Shown: positions 49,464 to 59,162 of the stretch, piece by piece | Numbering within the stretch: the stretch's first letter is position 1 | How the letters are laid out: every line of letters starts with the position of its first letter | Sequence record: DRR723986_1318 | Length of the DNA: 64,000 nt | Strand: one strand, 5' to 3' | Position numbers and translations under genes: made by a program | Notes under the pieces: model-generated | Databases searched by the model: none | Seen by the model: the letters and a program-made list of their open reading frames with translations, nothing else | What the model was told of the DNA's origin: nothing

Positions 49464-50714
49464 ATGTCTGCTTGCCCCTATGCTAATTTGCTCGATCCCG
49501 ACCTGTATGTCGACGGGAATCACCACGAGGTTATGCGCGATGTTCGCACCAAGGGTGGCGTGGTCGTCAAGGTAGATGACCCCATCACGGGTATTCCCTA
49601 TTGGGCGGTACAGGGCCGAGAAGAAGTAGACTTTGTATGTAAAAATCCGAAGCTATTCTCCAGCGCTGAACGCGGCGCAATGTCCATGGAGCTGGATGAC
49701 GAGGCATTGGCGAGAAACCGCCTTATGATCGTCAACATGGATCCGCCCAGTCACAACAAGTATCGCCGCATCGCTCGCAACGCTTTTACCCCCTCTGCCG
49801 TGGATAGTTACACAGAACGGTTCCGCACCTATGCCAAGCAAATTGTCGATACGGTGGCTGCGCGCGGCGAATGTGAATTTGTTCAAGAAGTGGCAGCAGA
49901 ACTCCCACTGATCGCCATTCTGGAGTTATGCGGTGTGCCGATTGAAGATCGCCAGAAGTTCTTTAAATGGACCAACGCGATGTTCTTCCCAGAAGACGAC
50001 AACATGAGCGACGGTGAGGATAACCTCGCGGCAGCGCGTGACGCTGGAATGAACATGTATCTGTATGCCGCTGACCTGGCTCGAAAACATGCTGAAACGC
50101 CTCTGAATAATATTGTAGGCGCCCTACTTGATGGTGAGGTAAACGACGAAAAGCTCACGCCGGATGAATTCTCTGCTTTCTTCCTGATGTTGGTGGCAGC
50201 CGGCAACGAGAGTACCCGTACGGTGACAAGCCACGGCATGCGATTGTTGATGGAAAACCCAGATCAGCTGCAGTGGTTGGTCGAAAATCCGGATGCCATT
50301 CCCGAAGCGTGCGAAGAAATGCTCCGTTACAATGCGGCATTTATGTCAATGCGGAGAACAGCGACGGAAGATGTAGAGCTGGGCGGCCAAAAAATTAAGA
50401 AGGGCGATAAAGTGGTACTGTTTTGGCACGGTATCAATCGCGACGAGCGAATTTTTGACGACCCGATGACCTTCGATATCACCCGCTTTAAGCGCATGCC
50501 CGATCTATATAAAGAGCATCGCGCGTTTGGTATCGGTCAGCACTTTTGTTTGGGTTCGCATTTGGCGCGGCTGGAAATGCGAGTTATGTTCGAAGAAATT
50601 CTACCCCGCCTTCGCAACCCAAAATTTGCAGAGCCAGTGCAATATGTGCGCGACTATTTTATTAACGGTATCCGCTCTATGAAAATTACGTTTGATCCGG
50701 AAGTGGCCTCCTAG
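49464..50714 (+). CDS. Cytochrome P450, CYP125-like (candidate sterol C26 oxidase)
   Basis: NMDPPSH, VAAELPL, AAGNEST, EEMLR, FGIGQHFCLG. Confidence 0.93.
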   Translation: MSACPYANLLDPDLYVDGNHHEVMRDVRTKGGVVVKVDDPITGIPYWAVQGREEVDFVCKNPKLFSSAERGAMSMELDDEALARNRLMIVNMDPPSHNKYRRIARNAFTPSAVDSYTERFRTYAKQIVDTVAARGECEFVQEVAAELPLIAILELCGVPIEDRQKFFKWTNAMFFPEDDNMSDGEDNLAAARDAGMNMYLYAADLARKHAETPLNNIVGALLDGEVNDEKLTPDEFSAFFLMLVAAGNESTRTVTSHGMRLLMENPDQLQWLVENPDAIPEACEEMLRYNAAFMSMRRTATEDVELGGQKIKKGDKVVLFWHGINRDERIFDDPMTFDITRFKRMPDLYKEHRAFGIGQHFCLGSHLARLEMRVMFEEILPRLRNPKFAEPVQYVRDYFINGIRSMKITFDPEVAS

Positions 50715-50732
50715 AACGGGGCGCTGATCTTT

Positions 50733-50760
50733 AGGCCGCTATATGCGGCCTTATTTTTTT
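50733..50760 (+). terminator. Intrinsic terminator between convergent operons
   Basis: aggccgc-tatat-gcggcct followed by tattttttt. Confidence 0.8.
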
Positions 50761-51889
50761 AGCCTTTGTAACCATCAAAATACCCGGTAAAGCCATAGGG
50801 TTCATAGGGCCCCATATGGAACTGTTCTAATACACCGTAGCCGATATCGTTACCACAGCGCGCTTTTACTACCTGTTGCACGTGTAAGTTTTCAAAGGCC
50901 AGTGGGTCAAGTTCATCGAGTTTCCAAAATTCTGCACCGACTTTGAGCTCTCCCTGCCAACGGCCGTGCCCCCACTCTGGGTTTTGATATCCCAATCCCT
51001 TCATGTGGTGTCGCAACAGCGGTTCTACGCTGATTTCCATGCTTTCTCCGTGACGATTGTTCATTGTCAGGGAGCCTGATTTGGCAAAGCGGGTGCCGGG
51101 CTCAAATTGTAAGCGATGATTGACGATCCCCTGCCAGTGTTGGCTGCCCGAGTCCGTCATTCCGGGAATGAGGTCTGGCTTGTTATAGGCGGGTAGAATG
51201 ACTTGATCGCTGTGCCACTGGTAGCCGTCCTCGTACTCGAACATTCCGGCCAGGGTGCATTGATTGCTCCAATGCAGTGGCAGCCACATGAAGTGCATGA
51301 CGCGGCGGGGATCCAGCGGGGCGCCCCCGGTATAGGGCTCGCCGACGGGGCGAATACCCCAGGAGCGATCTTTCAGACCGCAGCTATTGCGTGCGTCGAT
51401 GTCCAGGCGCTTACCGTCAAAATGAATGGCGCCTTCCCATTGACCAAACTGATCCAGCCGGGTGGCATCCATCACAATATGGCGGGCGTTGCGAGTCGTT
51501 TGCCGCTGTTCCTGGAAGGGGATGGTGGTGGGGGTGAATAGCAGGTCGCAACGGATGCCGGTGTCGTTGTCATCAATCACCAGCCGGTGTTTTCCCATCG
51601 GTTCAAGAATTTGTAATTGGAATGGGCCAACGGTGAGGTCGGAGGGTTCGTTTGACGATCGACGTGAAGCATGAAAAGCGTACTGCTTACCTTCGGTGAC
51701 CAGGCTCAATGAGCAATCGGTGATACCTAAATTCGGATATCGGCATAGGGCAATGCCGAAGTAATATTGGCCCTCTTTGTCGTGACCGTTATACCAAAAG
51801 CGATCGTAGGTGTTTCGGTCACTGCTGGCCGTATGGATTAGCGGTTCCGGAGTCTGGTGGACGGGGTAGTCATCGAGCTTGGATAGCAT
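50759..51889 (-). CDS. Conserved uncharacterised protein, Rv3169-like
   Basis: LDDYPVHQ, SDRNTYDR, YPNLG, KDRSWGIRPVGEP, EWGHG recall Rv3169-type proteins. Confidence 0.8.
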   Translation of the reverse strand: MLSKLDDYPVHQTPEPLIHTASSDRNTYDRFWYNGHDKEGQYYFGIALCRYPNLGITDCSLSLVTEGKQYAFHASRRSSNEPSDLTVGPFQLQILEPMGKHRLVIDDNDTGIRCDLLFTPTTIPFQEQRQTTRNARHIVMDATRLDQFGQWEGAIHFDGKRLDIDARNSCGLKDRSWGIRPVGEPYTGGAPLDPRRVMHFMWLPLHWSNQCTLAGMFEYEDGYQWHSDQVILPAYNKPDLIPGMTDSGSQHWQGIVNHRLQFEPGTRFAKSGSLTMNNRHGESMEISVEPLLRHHMKGLGYQNPEWGHGRWQGELKVGAEFWKLDELDPLAFENLHVQQVVKARCGNDIGYGVLEQFHMGPYEPYGFTGYFDGYKG

Positions 51890-51914
51890 ACTGGGTGGCT
51901 CCTTGCGTTGGCGG

Positions 51915-53000
51915 TCAGGGTAAATGTTGTTCCAGGTATTGATTGACGAAGTTATCTAACGCCACATCATCGGCGCCCATATTGCGCATGATTCGTGCGA
52001 AGATTAGGCCAAAGCGCAGGCCGGCGAAGACCAGGTAGTAGTCCAAATTTTCAAGGTTCAACCCGGTAGCTGCCGCCCAGTGTTCACACGATGTTTCGCG
52101 ATCTGGCAGGCCTGGCAGCCTCGCACTGCCAAGGCCATGACTAAAGAGCTCATCGAGATAGATCCACCAGGCAAGGTCTTGCAGGGGGTCACCCAAAGCC
52201 AGCATTTCCCAGTCGAGCAAGGCCGCGACGTCAGAGTTGTCAGTGTCGAATATGACGTTGGGCATGCGTGAGTCACCCCAGCAGAAGGCGAGCTTTTGCT
52301 CAGGTGGCTGATGTGCTCTCAGCCAGGCAGAGGCTCGCTCTATTACTGACGGGGTGGGTTTGTCGTCGAAAGCCCAGCGGCAGTAGTGTTCCCAGTAATC
52401 CAGCTGCTCGCTGAGTGACTTGGGGAACGCATACGAGGCAATGAGCGCCTGGGCATCGGGGGTGGTTGTGTCCAGATTATGGAGCGATGCCATAGCATCA
52501 ATGCCGTTTAGCCACATCTCGCGCTGTTGCTCGGCGCTCAGTGACACCATCCAGCCGTCGCGATGATAGGACGGCGTATCCGTGGGAACGCGGCCTTCGG
52601 TGCGCAACATAAGGTAAAACGGCGTGCCCAGTACCTGGCCACTGGTTTCCTCGGCCAGCAACGCCGGACCAGGGCACTGGGGCTGCTTTTCCAACCAGGC
52701 CATAAAGGCGTATTGCAGTGCCAGGTTGTAGTCGGGAAAGGTGAGCTTGTCGCCGTTTGCCTGCAATCGGCCAACGACGTTGTGGCGCTCTGTTCTGCCG
52801 TCTTTGTGGCAGTCGACGGAGAACAGGGCGGTGATGTTGGACATCCCATTGCCTTCCGGAATGTCGATGGCAGAAACATCAACGCGGTCTACAGCCAGTG
52901 CACCGGGCAGCCATTCCTGCAGGGCCAGCCGGACTTCTTCGGGATTGTTCAGCGAGGGTGTGGGGCGTTCGCTGCTGGGAGGGTAGTTATTATTTTGCAT
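51915..53000 (-). CDS. APH/ACAD10-type phosphotransferase, Rv3168-like
   Basis: LGTPFYLM, WGDSRMPN (HGD variant), LLDWEM, GDPLQDLAWW. Confidence 0.88.
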   Translation of the reverse strand: MQNNNYPPSSERPTPSLNNPEEVRLALQEWLPGALAVDRVDVSAIDIPEGNGMSNITALFSVDCHKDGRTERHNVVGRLQANGDKLTFPDYNLALQYAFMAWLEKQPQCPGPALLAEETSGQVLGTPFYLMLRTEGRVPTDTPSYHRDGWMVSLSAEQQREMWLNGIDAMASLHNLDTTTPDAQALIASYAFPKSLSEQLDYWEHYCRWAFDDKPTPSVIERASAWLRAHQPPEQKLAFCWGDSRMPNVIFDTDNSDVAALLDWEMLALGDPLQDLAWWIYLDELFSHGLGSARLPGLPDRETSCEHWAAATGLNLENLDYYLVFAGLRFGLIFARIMRNMGADDVALDNFVNQYLEQHLP

Positions 53001-53059
53001 GGGCGATTCCTCGTCGGCGGGCGGTGCGAAACGCCGAACCGCCCGTGCAATGGGGGCGG

Positions 53060-53833
53060 TTAGCGCGGTGGCATGCGCATTGCCGCGTCTAGTCGGATGG
53101 TTTCGGCATTGATGTACTCGTTTTCACACAGGTGCTTCACCAGTTTGGCGAACTCCTGCGGCTTGCCAAGACGGGGAGGGAACTGCGCATTTGCGGCTAG
53201 GTTGTCCTGCATTTCCTGCGGGGCCATCGCCATCAGTTCCGTTTTGAAAACGCCGGGGCAAATGGTGTTTATGCGAATACCCAGTTTCCCGAGATCGCGC
53301 GCAATTGGCAGCGTCATACCGATTACGCCCGCCTTGCTGGCGGCGTAGGCTGCCTGGCCGATTTGTCCGTCGATACCCGCTACCGACCCCGTGTTGATGA
53401 TGACGCCGCGCTCGCCATCCTCGGTCAACGCCTCGTTGTGCTGCATTTCCGCCGCGCAAAGGCGTAACACGTTGAATGTGCCGATAAGGTTAAGCTTCAC
53501 TACCCATTCAAAACGGTCTAACGGGAAGGGGCCTTTTTTGCCTACTGTGCGAATGGCATCGCCGCTGCCGGCGCAGTTCACACAGATGTGGATATTTCCA
53601 AAGGCTGCCTTCGTGGCCTCAATCCCTGCGGCAACAGACTCTTCATTGGTGACATCGACGGTGAAGGCCAGGCAGTGCTCAGCGCCCAGCTCTTCGACAA
53701 GGCGTTGGGCGTTTTCGGCTTGAATATCAAAGAGTGCGACTTTGGCGCCAGCGGCGACGAGTTGTTGTGCTGTTGCTTTCCCGAGTCCGGAGGCGCCGCC
53801 GGTAATTATTGCGACGCGGTTGTGTAGTTGCAT
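53060..53833 (-). CDS. 3-hydroxyacyl-CoA dehydrogenase type 2 (HSD17B10-like SDR)
   Basis: TGGASGLG, NCAG, ERGVIINT, GQIGQAAYAASK, MTLPIARDL. Confidence 0.92.
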   Translation of the reverse strand: MQLHNRVAIITGGASGLGKATAQQLVAAGAKVALFDIQAENAQRLVEELGAEHCLAFTVDVTNEESVAAGIEATKAAFGNIHICVNCAGSGDAIRTVGKKGPFPLDRFEWVVKLNLIGTFNVLRLCAAEMQHNEALTEDGERGVIINTGSVAGIDGQIGQAAYAASKAGVIGMTLPIARDLGKLGIRINTICPGVFKTELMAMAPQEMQDNLAANAQFPPRLGKPQEFAKLVKHLCENEYINAETIRLDAAMRMPPR

Positions 53834-53872
53834 TGGTGTGACTCCTGATTAAGTGGAGGCAGGGCTGTGATA

Positions 53873-55060
53873 TCAGTCCCGGCCATAGAGCGTGACGACA
53901 CAGGCACCACCTATGCCGAGGTTGTGCTGAAGTGCATGGCGCGCATTGCTAACTTGCCGGCCCTGCGCGGTTCCGCGCAGCTGCCATACCAATTCTGTGC
54001 ACTGCGCGAGTCCCGTGGCACCCAATGGATGGCCCTTGGACAGCAGGCCCCCGGATGGATTGACCACGACCTTGCCGCCGTAGGTATTGTCTTCATCCCA
54101 GACAAACTGTTCTGCGCTGCCCTCAGGGGTCAGGCCGAGAGACTCATAGCTGATAAGCTCATTCGCGGTGAAACAATCATGCAGCTCGACAACGTCAATA
54201 TCGCTTGGGTCGACCCCGGCCTGGTTATAGACCTTGTCGGCGGCCTCCTTCGCCATGCCATACCCAACGATCTGCAGCATATCGGGTGAATCAAACAGGC
54301 CTGGAAGGTCCGTTGTCATGGCCTGTCCTTTAATGCTGACAGCCTGATTAAGTAAGCCGTGCTTCTTGGCAAATGCTTCGCTGCAAACCACGGCGGCTGC
54401 GGCTCCGCAGGTGGGTGGGCAACTCTGATATCGCGTGATCACGCCGTAGAGTTCCGGCGATTGCATAATCTCGTCCAGGCTAAGCGGATCGCGAAACACC
54501 GCGTAGGGATTGTTTGCCGCGTGCCGTCGCGCCTTCTCTGAAATTTTGCCAAAGGTTTCTGGCTTGGTGCCGTACTTATCGCTGTATTCCCGCGCTGCGC
54601 CACCAAACAGCTGAGCAGTGGGCGGCGCTTTCGGTTCGTAGCCCTGAATCTTTACCATCTCGGCGAAGATCTTGTTTCCCGGGCCTGGGCGGTCGTCAAA
54701 TAAGGTGCCGAGCATGCCTGGCATCATTTGTTCAAAGCCTACCGCCAGAGCACAATCCACAGCGCCGGTTTCGACGGCTTGCCGTGCTAAAAACAACGCC
54801 GAGGAGCCGGTGGCACAATTATTGTTTACATTGAAAACCGGCACGCCACTGAGCCCAAGTGGATACACCGCCGCCTGTCCGGCGCAAGAGTCGGCATAGA
54901 TATAGCCGGCATATACTTGGCCAATATCCTTGTATTCAATACCGGCGTCCGCCAGCGCTAGGCGGGCGGCTTTCTCGCCCATTATGTCGTAGGTGTCGCT
55001 TTGGCCGGGCTTGGTGAAGGGGATCATTCCCACCCCGATGACTTTTACACTGTGTGTCAT
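53873..55060 (-). CDS. SCP-x-type thiolase (lipid-transfer protein, Ltp1-like)
   Basis: NVNNNCATGS (catalytic Cys), ELHDCF, SKGHPLGATG, QHNLG. Confidence 0.9.
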   Translation of the reverse strand: MTHSVKVIGVGMIPFTKPGQSDTYDIMGEKAARLALADAGIEYKDIGQVYAGYIYADSCAGQAAVYPLGLSGVPVFNVNNNCATGSSALFLARQAVETGAVDCALAVGFEQMMPGMLGTLFDDRPGPGNKIFAEMVKIQGYEPKAPPTAQLFGGAAREYSDKYGTKPETFGKISEKARRHAANNPYAVFRDPLSLDEIMQSPELYGVITRYQSCPPTCGAAAAVVCSEAFAKKHGLLNQAVSIKGQAMTTDLPGLFDSPDMLQIVGYGMAKEAADKVYNQAGVDPSDIDVVELHDCFTANELISYESLGLTPEGSAEQFVWDEDNTYGGKVVVNPSGGLLSKGHPLGATGLAQCTELVWQLRGTAQGRQVSNARHALQHNLGIGGACVVTLYGRD

Positions 55061-55124
55061 CTTTCGTTCTCTTTTAAAAATTTAATGGCGCGGCGCAATG
55101 GCCGCGTGGAAGCTGGGTTGTCGT

Positions 55125-56582
55125 TCAGCCAAGCGGATAATCAGTGGGCATGTTGATGGTCTTGAATTCCAGATAGGCCTCCAGGCCTGGCGTGCCGAGT
55201 TCACGCCCCATTCCGGACTGCTTGAAGCCGCCGAAAGGACTGGTGAAGTCCATACTCATGCCGTTGACGGTATAGGTGCCTGTGCGAACACGGCGCGCGA
55301 TAGCCAGGCCTCGCTCAGCGTCTTCTGTCCATACTGTGCCGCATAGGCCGTAGTTCGAATCATTGGCGATGCGTATGGCATCGGCATCGTCGCCGTAGGG
55401 AATCACAGAGAGTACCGGCCCAAAGATTTCTTCACGGGCGATACGCATATTGTTGTCCACGTCGGAAAACACGGTGGGCTCAACGTACCAGCCTTGCGAC
55501 GCATGCCCTGGTCGGCCGCCACCGGTGACCACGCGCGCGCCTTCCTCGCGACCAATGCTGATATAGCTCTCCACCCGCTCTCGATGCCTGGCGGAAACAA
55601 GCGGGCCGATAACCGTATCTTCCTCTAATGGGTTGCCGATTTTCAGCTTCTCAACGAAGGCGGCAACGGCGTCGACAACCTCTGCGTAGCGCTGCTTCGA
55701 CGCGAGGATTCGTGTCTGTGCTATGCAGGCCTGCCCTGTATTCATCAGGCCTGCCATTACCATCTCCGGGATGGTTTTGTTCAGGTCTGCATCGTCCAGA
55801 ACTATCGCTGCAGATTTGCCGCCAAGCTCGAGTGTTAGGCGCTTGATTTGCTCGCCACAAATGGCGCCAATTTTTCTACCGGCGGCAACACTGCCAGTGA
55901 ACGACACCTTGTCGACACCGGGGTGGGATACCAGATATTCACTCACCTCTCGGTCTGCGGGAACAATGTTGATTACACCAGGCGGGATGCTGGTTTTTGC
56001 TACCGCCTCGGCGAGGGCATTGGCGTCTAATGGTGTTTCTGTGGCGGGCTTAATCACCACGCAGCACCCTGCCGCCAGTGCCGGTGCCAGCTTGAGCATC
56101 AGCGTAAAGAGGGGGGCGTTCCACGGTGTGATTGCGGCGACGACACCCACTGCCTCGCCGCGCACAACGACTGGGCTAACCATCCCTTGGCGCTTTTCTT
56201 CAAAGGCGTATTGGCGCGCCAAGCCGGCGTAGTAGTCGAGTACAATAATCGGGCTGAAAGCCTGAGAGCGGGTGGAGAAGCTCATAGGGCTACCCATTTC
56301 CTGGGTAATTAGGCCGGCTAATCCAGGGATGTCCTCTTGTAAGGCCTGGGAGAGTTCTGTCATGCAATCAGCGCGTTCACTCGCGCTCATTCGTGGCCAC
56401 GGCCCCTGATCAAATGCTTCGCGCGCTGCCGCTACGGCTGCGTCAATGTCGGCTTTTTGACCCTCCGGTGTCGTGGCAATACAGGCCTCGGTAGCGGGGT
56501 TGATCACCGACAGGGTGGCAGACGAAGACGGGCTCACCCACTCATTGTTGATAAACAGTTTATCGTAGCTTTTTATGTCCAT
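55125..56582 (-). CDS. NAD-dependent aldehyde dehydrogenase
   Basis: PWNAP, FTGS, LELGGKSA, GQAC, EEIFGP, PFGGFKQSG. Confidence 0.95.
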   Translation of the reverse strand: MDIKSYDKLFINNEWVSPSSSATLSVINPATEACIATTPEGQKADIDAAVAAAREAFDQGPWPRMSASERADCMTELSQALQEDIPGLAGLITQEMGSPMSFSTRSQAFSPIIVLDYYAGLARQYAFEEKRQGMVSPVVVRGEAVGVVAAITPWNAPLFTLMLKLAPALAAGCCVVIKPATETPLDANALAEAVAKTSIPPGVINIVPADREVSEYLVSHPGVDKVSFTGSVAAGRKIGAICGEQIKRLTLELGGKSAAIVLDDADLNKTIPEMVMAGLMNTGQACIAQTRILASKQRYAEVVDAVAAFVEKLKIGNPLEEDTVIGPLVSARHRERVESYISIGREEGARVVTGGGRPGHASQGWYVEPTVFSDVDNNMRIAREEIFGPVLSVIPYGDDADAIRIANDSNYGLCGTVWTEDAERGLAIARRVRTGTYTVNGMSMDFTSPFGGFKQSGMGRELGTPGLEAYLEFKTINMPTDYPLG

Positions 56583-56624
56583 GATCTTTTCTCTTATCGT
56601 TGTATTCTGCGTTGATTGCTGGCG

Positions 56625-58178
56625 TTACACTTGCCGCTGTCGACCCTCCCAGTAGGGATCTCTCAGGCGGCGTTTAAAGAGCTTTCCATTTGGGTCACGG
56701 GGCAGGGCATCGAGATAGTCAATGCTGCGTGGCAGCTTCATTTTTGCTATCCGTGACGCGAGGAAGTCCATAATTTCCTGGGTGGTGGCGTCATCGCTGC
56801 CGACGCCTTCGGCAGGTTGTACAACCGCTTTAATTTCTTCCCCCCACTCGTCATTCGGCACACCAAAGACGGCGCAGTCGGCTACTTTCTCATGCAGGAT
56901 GAGTACGTTTTCGATCTCTGCTGGATAAATGTTGGCGCCGCCGGAAATGATCATGTCGATCTTGCGGTCGCACAGAAAGAGATAGCCTTCTTCATTGAGA
57001 TAGCCGATGTCACCAACAGTGAAGTAATTGCCAATACGGTTCTCCGCCGTATTTTTTGCATTGCCTTTGTATTCAAAGTTGCCGCGCTCGGTCAGGCGCA
57101 TGTACACCGTGCCTTGTTCACCCACTGGGAGTTCATTGGCATCGTCGTCAAAGATCTTGATATCTGCTTCAGGCCAGGCCTTACCGACGGTGCCGGGATA
57201 CTTCAGCCACTCTTCGGGTGACACGATGGTGCCGCCGCCTTCGGTTGCGGCGTAGTATTCGTAAATGGATAAGCCCCACCACTCGATCATGGCGCGTTTC
57301 ACATCAGGTGGGCAGGGCGCTGCCGCATGCACCATGCGACGGGTACTGGAGCAGTCGTATTTCTCGCGCGTTTGCTCAGGGAGCTTCAACAGCCGGATAA
57401 ATTGTGTTGGCACCATATGTGAGGTGGTGACGCGATACTTCTCGATCAAGCGCAGCATCTCTTCCGGTTCCCACTTGTCCATCAAGACCACGGCGTGGCC
57501 TAAATGCAGAGAGCCGCTGGCCCAGGCCATTACCGCGGTGTGATAAAGCGGCGAGCCAGTGATGTTGACATTATTGTCCTCCGGCAGCGTGCCCAGCATT
57601 AATAGAATTCCTGAGCTCATTTGTGCTCCCACTTCCGGTGACAAGCCGGTGAGTGGTCGTCGCACGCCCTTGGGTTTGCCAGTGGTGCCCGAGGTGTAGT
57701 TCATTACGGCGCCAGCGCTACGGTTGTCTGGCGGCGTATGAGGTTGCTCGGCAATAATGTCGGAATAGGGGCGCCAGCCCGGAATGTCACCAATAGCGAA
57801 AGCGCGCTGGGTATCGAAGTTCGCCTCGGCCACCGCTTGTGTTGCAGCGTCTTTGATGCGCTCGTGGCTGATAAATACCTTCGCGCCGCTATCTTCCAGA
57901 ATGTAGGCAACCTCAGAACCGGCCAGGTGCCAGTTGATGGGCACCATGTAAAAGCCGGCTTGAAGTATCGCCAGGTTGATAGCGATCATTTCTTTGCAGT
58001 TGGGCATGATTACCGCAACAACATCGCCAGGTTCCATACCTAGCTGGCGTAAGCCGTGTACCAGTTGGTTACACTCTTTTAAAAGTGCCCCACGGGTAAT
58101 TTCATCGCCATTTGGTGCGACCAATGCGAGTGGAGCGGGGTCCTTTTCTGCATAGTGCCAAAAGCCGATATTTGTCAT
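56625..58178 (-). CDS. Acyl-CoA synthetase (AMP-forming)
   Basis: YTSGTTGKPKG, PLYHTA, YYAATE, GDIG, DMIISGG, PNGKL. Confidence 0.95.
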   Translation of the reverse strand: MTNIGFWHYAEKDPAPLALVAPNGDEITRGALLKECNQLVHGLRQLGMEPGDVVAVIMPNCKEMIAINLAILQAGFYMVPINWHLAGSEVAYILEDSGAKVFISHERIKDAATQAVAEANFDTQRAFAIGDIPGWRPYSDIIAEQPHTPPDNRSAGAVMNYTSGTTGKPKGVRRPLTGLSPEVGAQMSSGILLMLGTLPEDNNVNITGSPLYHTAVMAWASGSLHLGHAVVLMDKWEPEEMLRLIEKYRVTTSHMVPTQFIRLLKLPEQTREKYDCSSTRRMVHAAAPCPPDVKRAMIEWWGLSIYEYYAATEGGGTIVSPEEWLKYPGTVGKAWPEADIKIFDDDANELPVGEQGTVYMRLTERGNFEYKGNAKNTAENRIGNYFTVGDIGYLNEEGYLFLCDRKIDMIISGGANIYPAEIENVLILHEKVADCAVFGVPNDEWGEEIKAVVQPAEGVGSDDATTQEIMDFLASRIAKMKLPRSIDYLDALPRDPNGKLFKRRLRDPYWEGRQRQV

Positions 58179-58456
58179 TAGATTCTCCCGGGGTCTTTAA
58201 GCGAAGCGAATACGGACAGAGCGATGGCCTCAATGCAACGGCCAAACGTGTGGCTGGCTTCACAGCAAAACCATTGTAGGAGAGACGGATTGACGCAATA
58301 AATGTCATTTCAATCCGTATTCGATTGATTAAACCTGCACCTCTTTGGGTAGGGGTGAGAGGTTTTTACGGCGGTGAGGTCGTTAGAGGAGTGTAACGAC
58401 CAGACGCCAAAGGCGGGTATTGTCGGCGAGAAAAATTCGACGCGTTAGTGAAGGCA

Positions 58457-59095
58457 TTAACGCAATAGGTGCGATTCCATCATGCTCAGATAAATGTCGG
58501 CAGCCTGGCGCAATGAGGTGCCTTCCACGCTTAATTGGTAGTTAGCCATGCCCGACATACTGCCAAAGAACATCATTACCAGGTTGTCGACTTTCCATTC
58601 GGGATTGATCTCGCCATTCTTTATGGCGTCTTCAAATATGCGGGCCTGTAAGGCGCGCATTTCATTTTCCCGGTGGCTGAATATTTCCTTGAGTGTTTCG
58701 TGGCGCTGAGTTTCCAGTGGAATGGATGACAGGAATCCACTTTTTAATGGAGACTGTTCGTGCAGGCTAACCATGGCCTCTACCAGGTTGCGTATGCGTT
58801 CCTTAAGACGGGTCGATGATTCAATTGCCTGTTTAAAGCGCGGGTAGATGTCTTGATAAATATGGTCGACGACGGCGATGTATAGCGCGGGTTTGGAGTC
58901 AAAGTACTGATAGATCGCTGCGCTGGTGATATTTGCCCCAACCGCAATATCCTTGAATTTTGTGCTGGCGTAGCCATGGGATGTGAAACAGGCCAGTGCG
59001 CTGTCGAGAATTCTGGCAATCGTATCTTCGCGCTTGCTACCGACCGGTCGGCCGATAGTTTTATCCGGGGCTGTATGGCTGCTTTTTCTTTTCAC
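58457..59095 (-). CDS. TetR/AcrR family transcriptional regulator
   Basis: N-terminal HTH: GYASTKFKDIA...AAIYQYFDSK. Confidence 0.92.
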   Translation of the reverse strand: MKRKSSHTAPDKTIGRPVGSKREDTIARILDSALACFTSHGYASTKFKDIAVGANITSAAIYQYFDSKPALYIAVVDHIYQDIYPRFKQAIESSTRLKERIRNLVEAMVSLHEQSPLKSGFLSSIPLETQRHETLKEIFSHRENEMRALQARIFEDAIKNGEINPEWKVDNLVMMFFGSMSGMANYQLSVEGTSLRQAADIYLSMMESHLLR

Positions 59096-59162
59096 GGTAG
59101 GCCTCTACGATCCAACCTGTAAAGCTTGACGGTTAAATCGCAGAGGCGCAAGTGGGGTGGGG

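Noticed and set aside
51915-53000. Aminoglycoside resistance gene
   Set aside because: Lipid-catabolic operon context and the ACAD10/Rv3168-type sequence argue for a metabolic kinase; no mobile context
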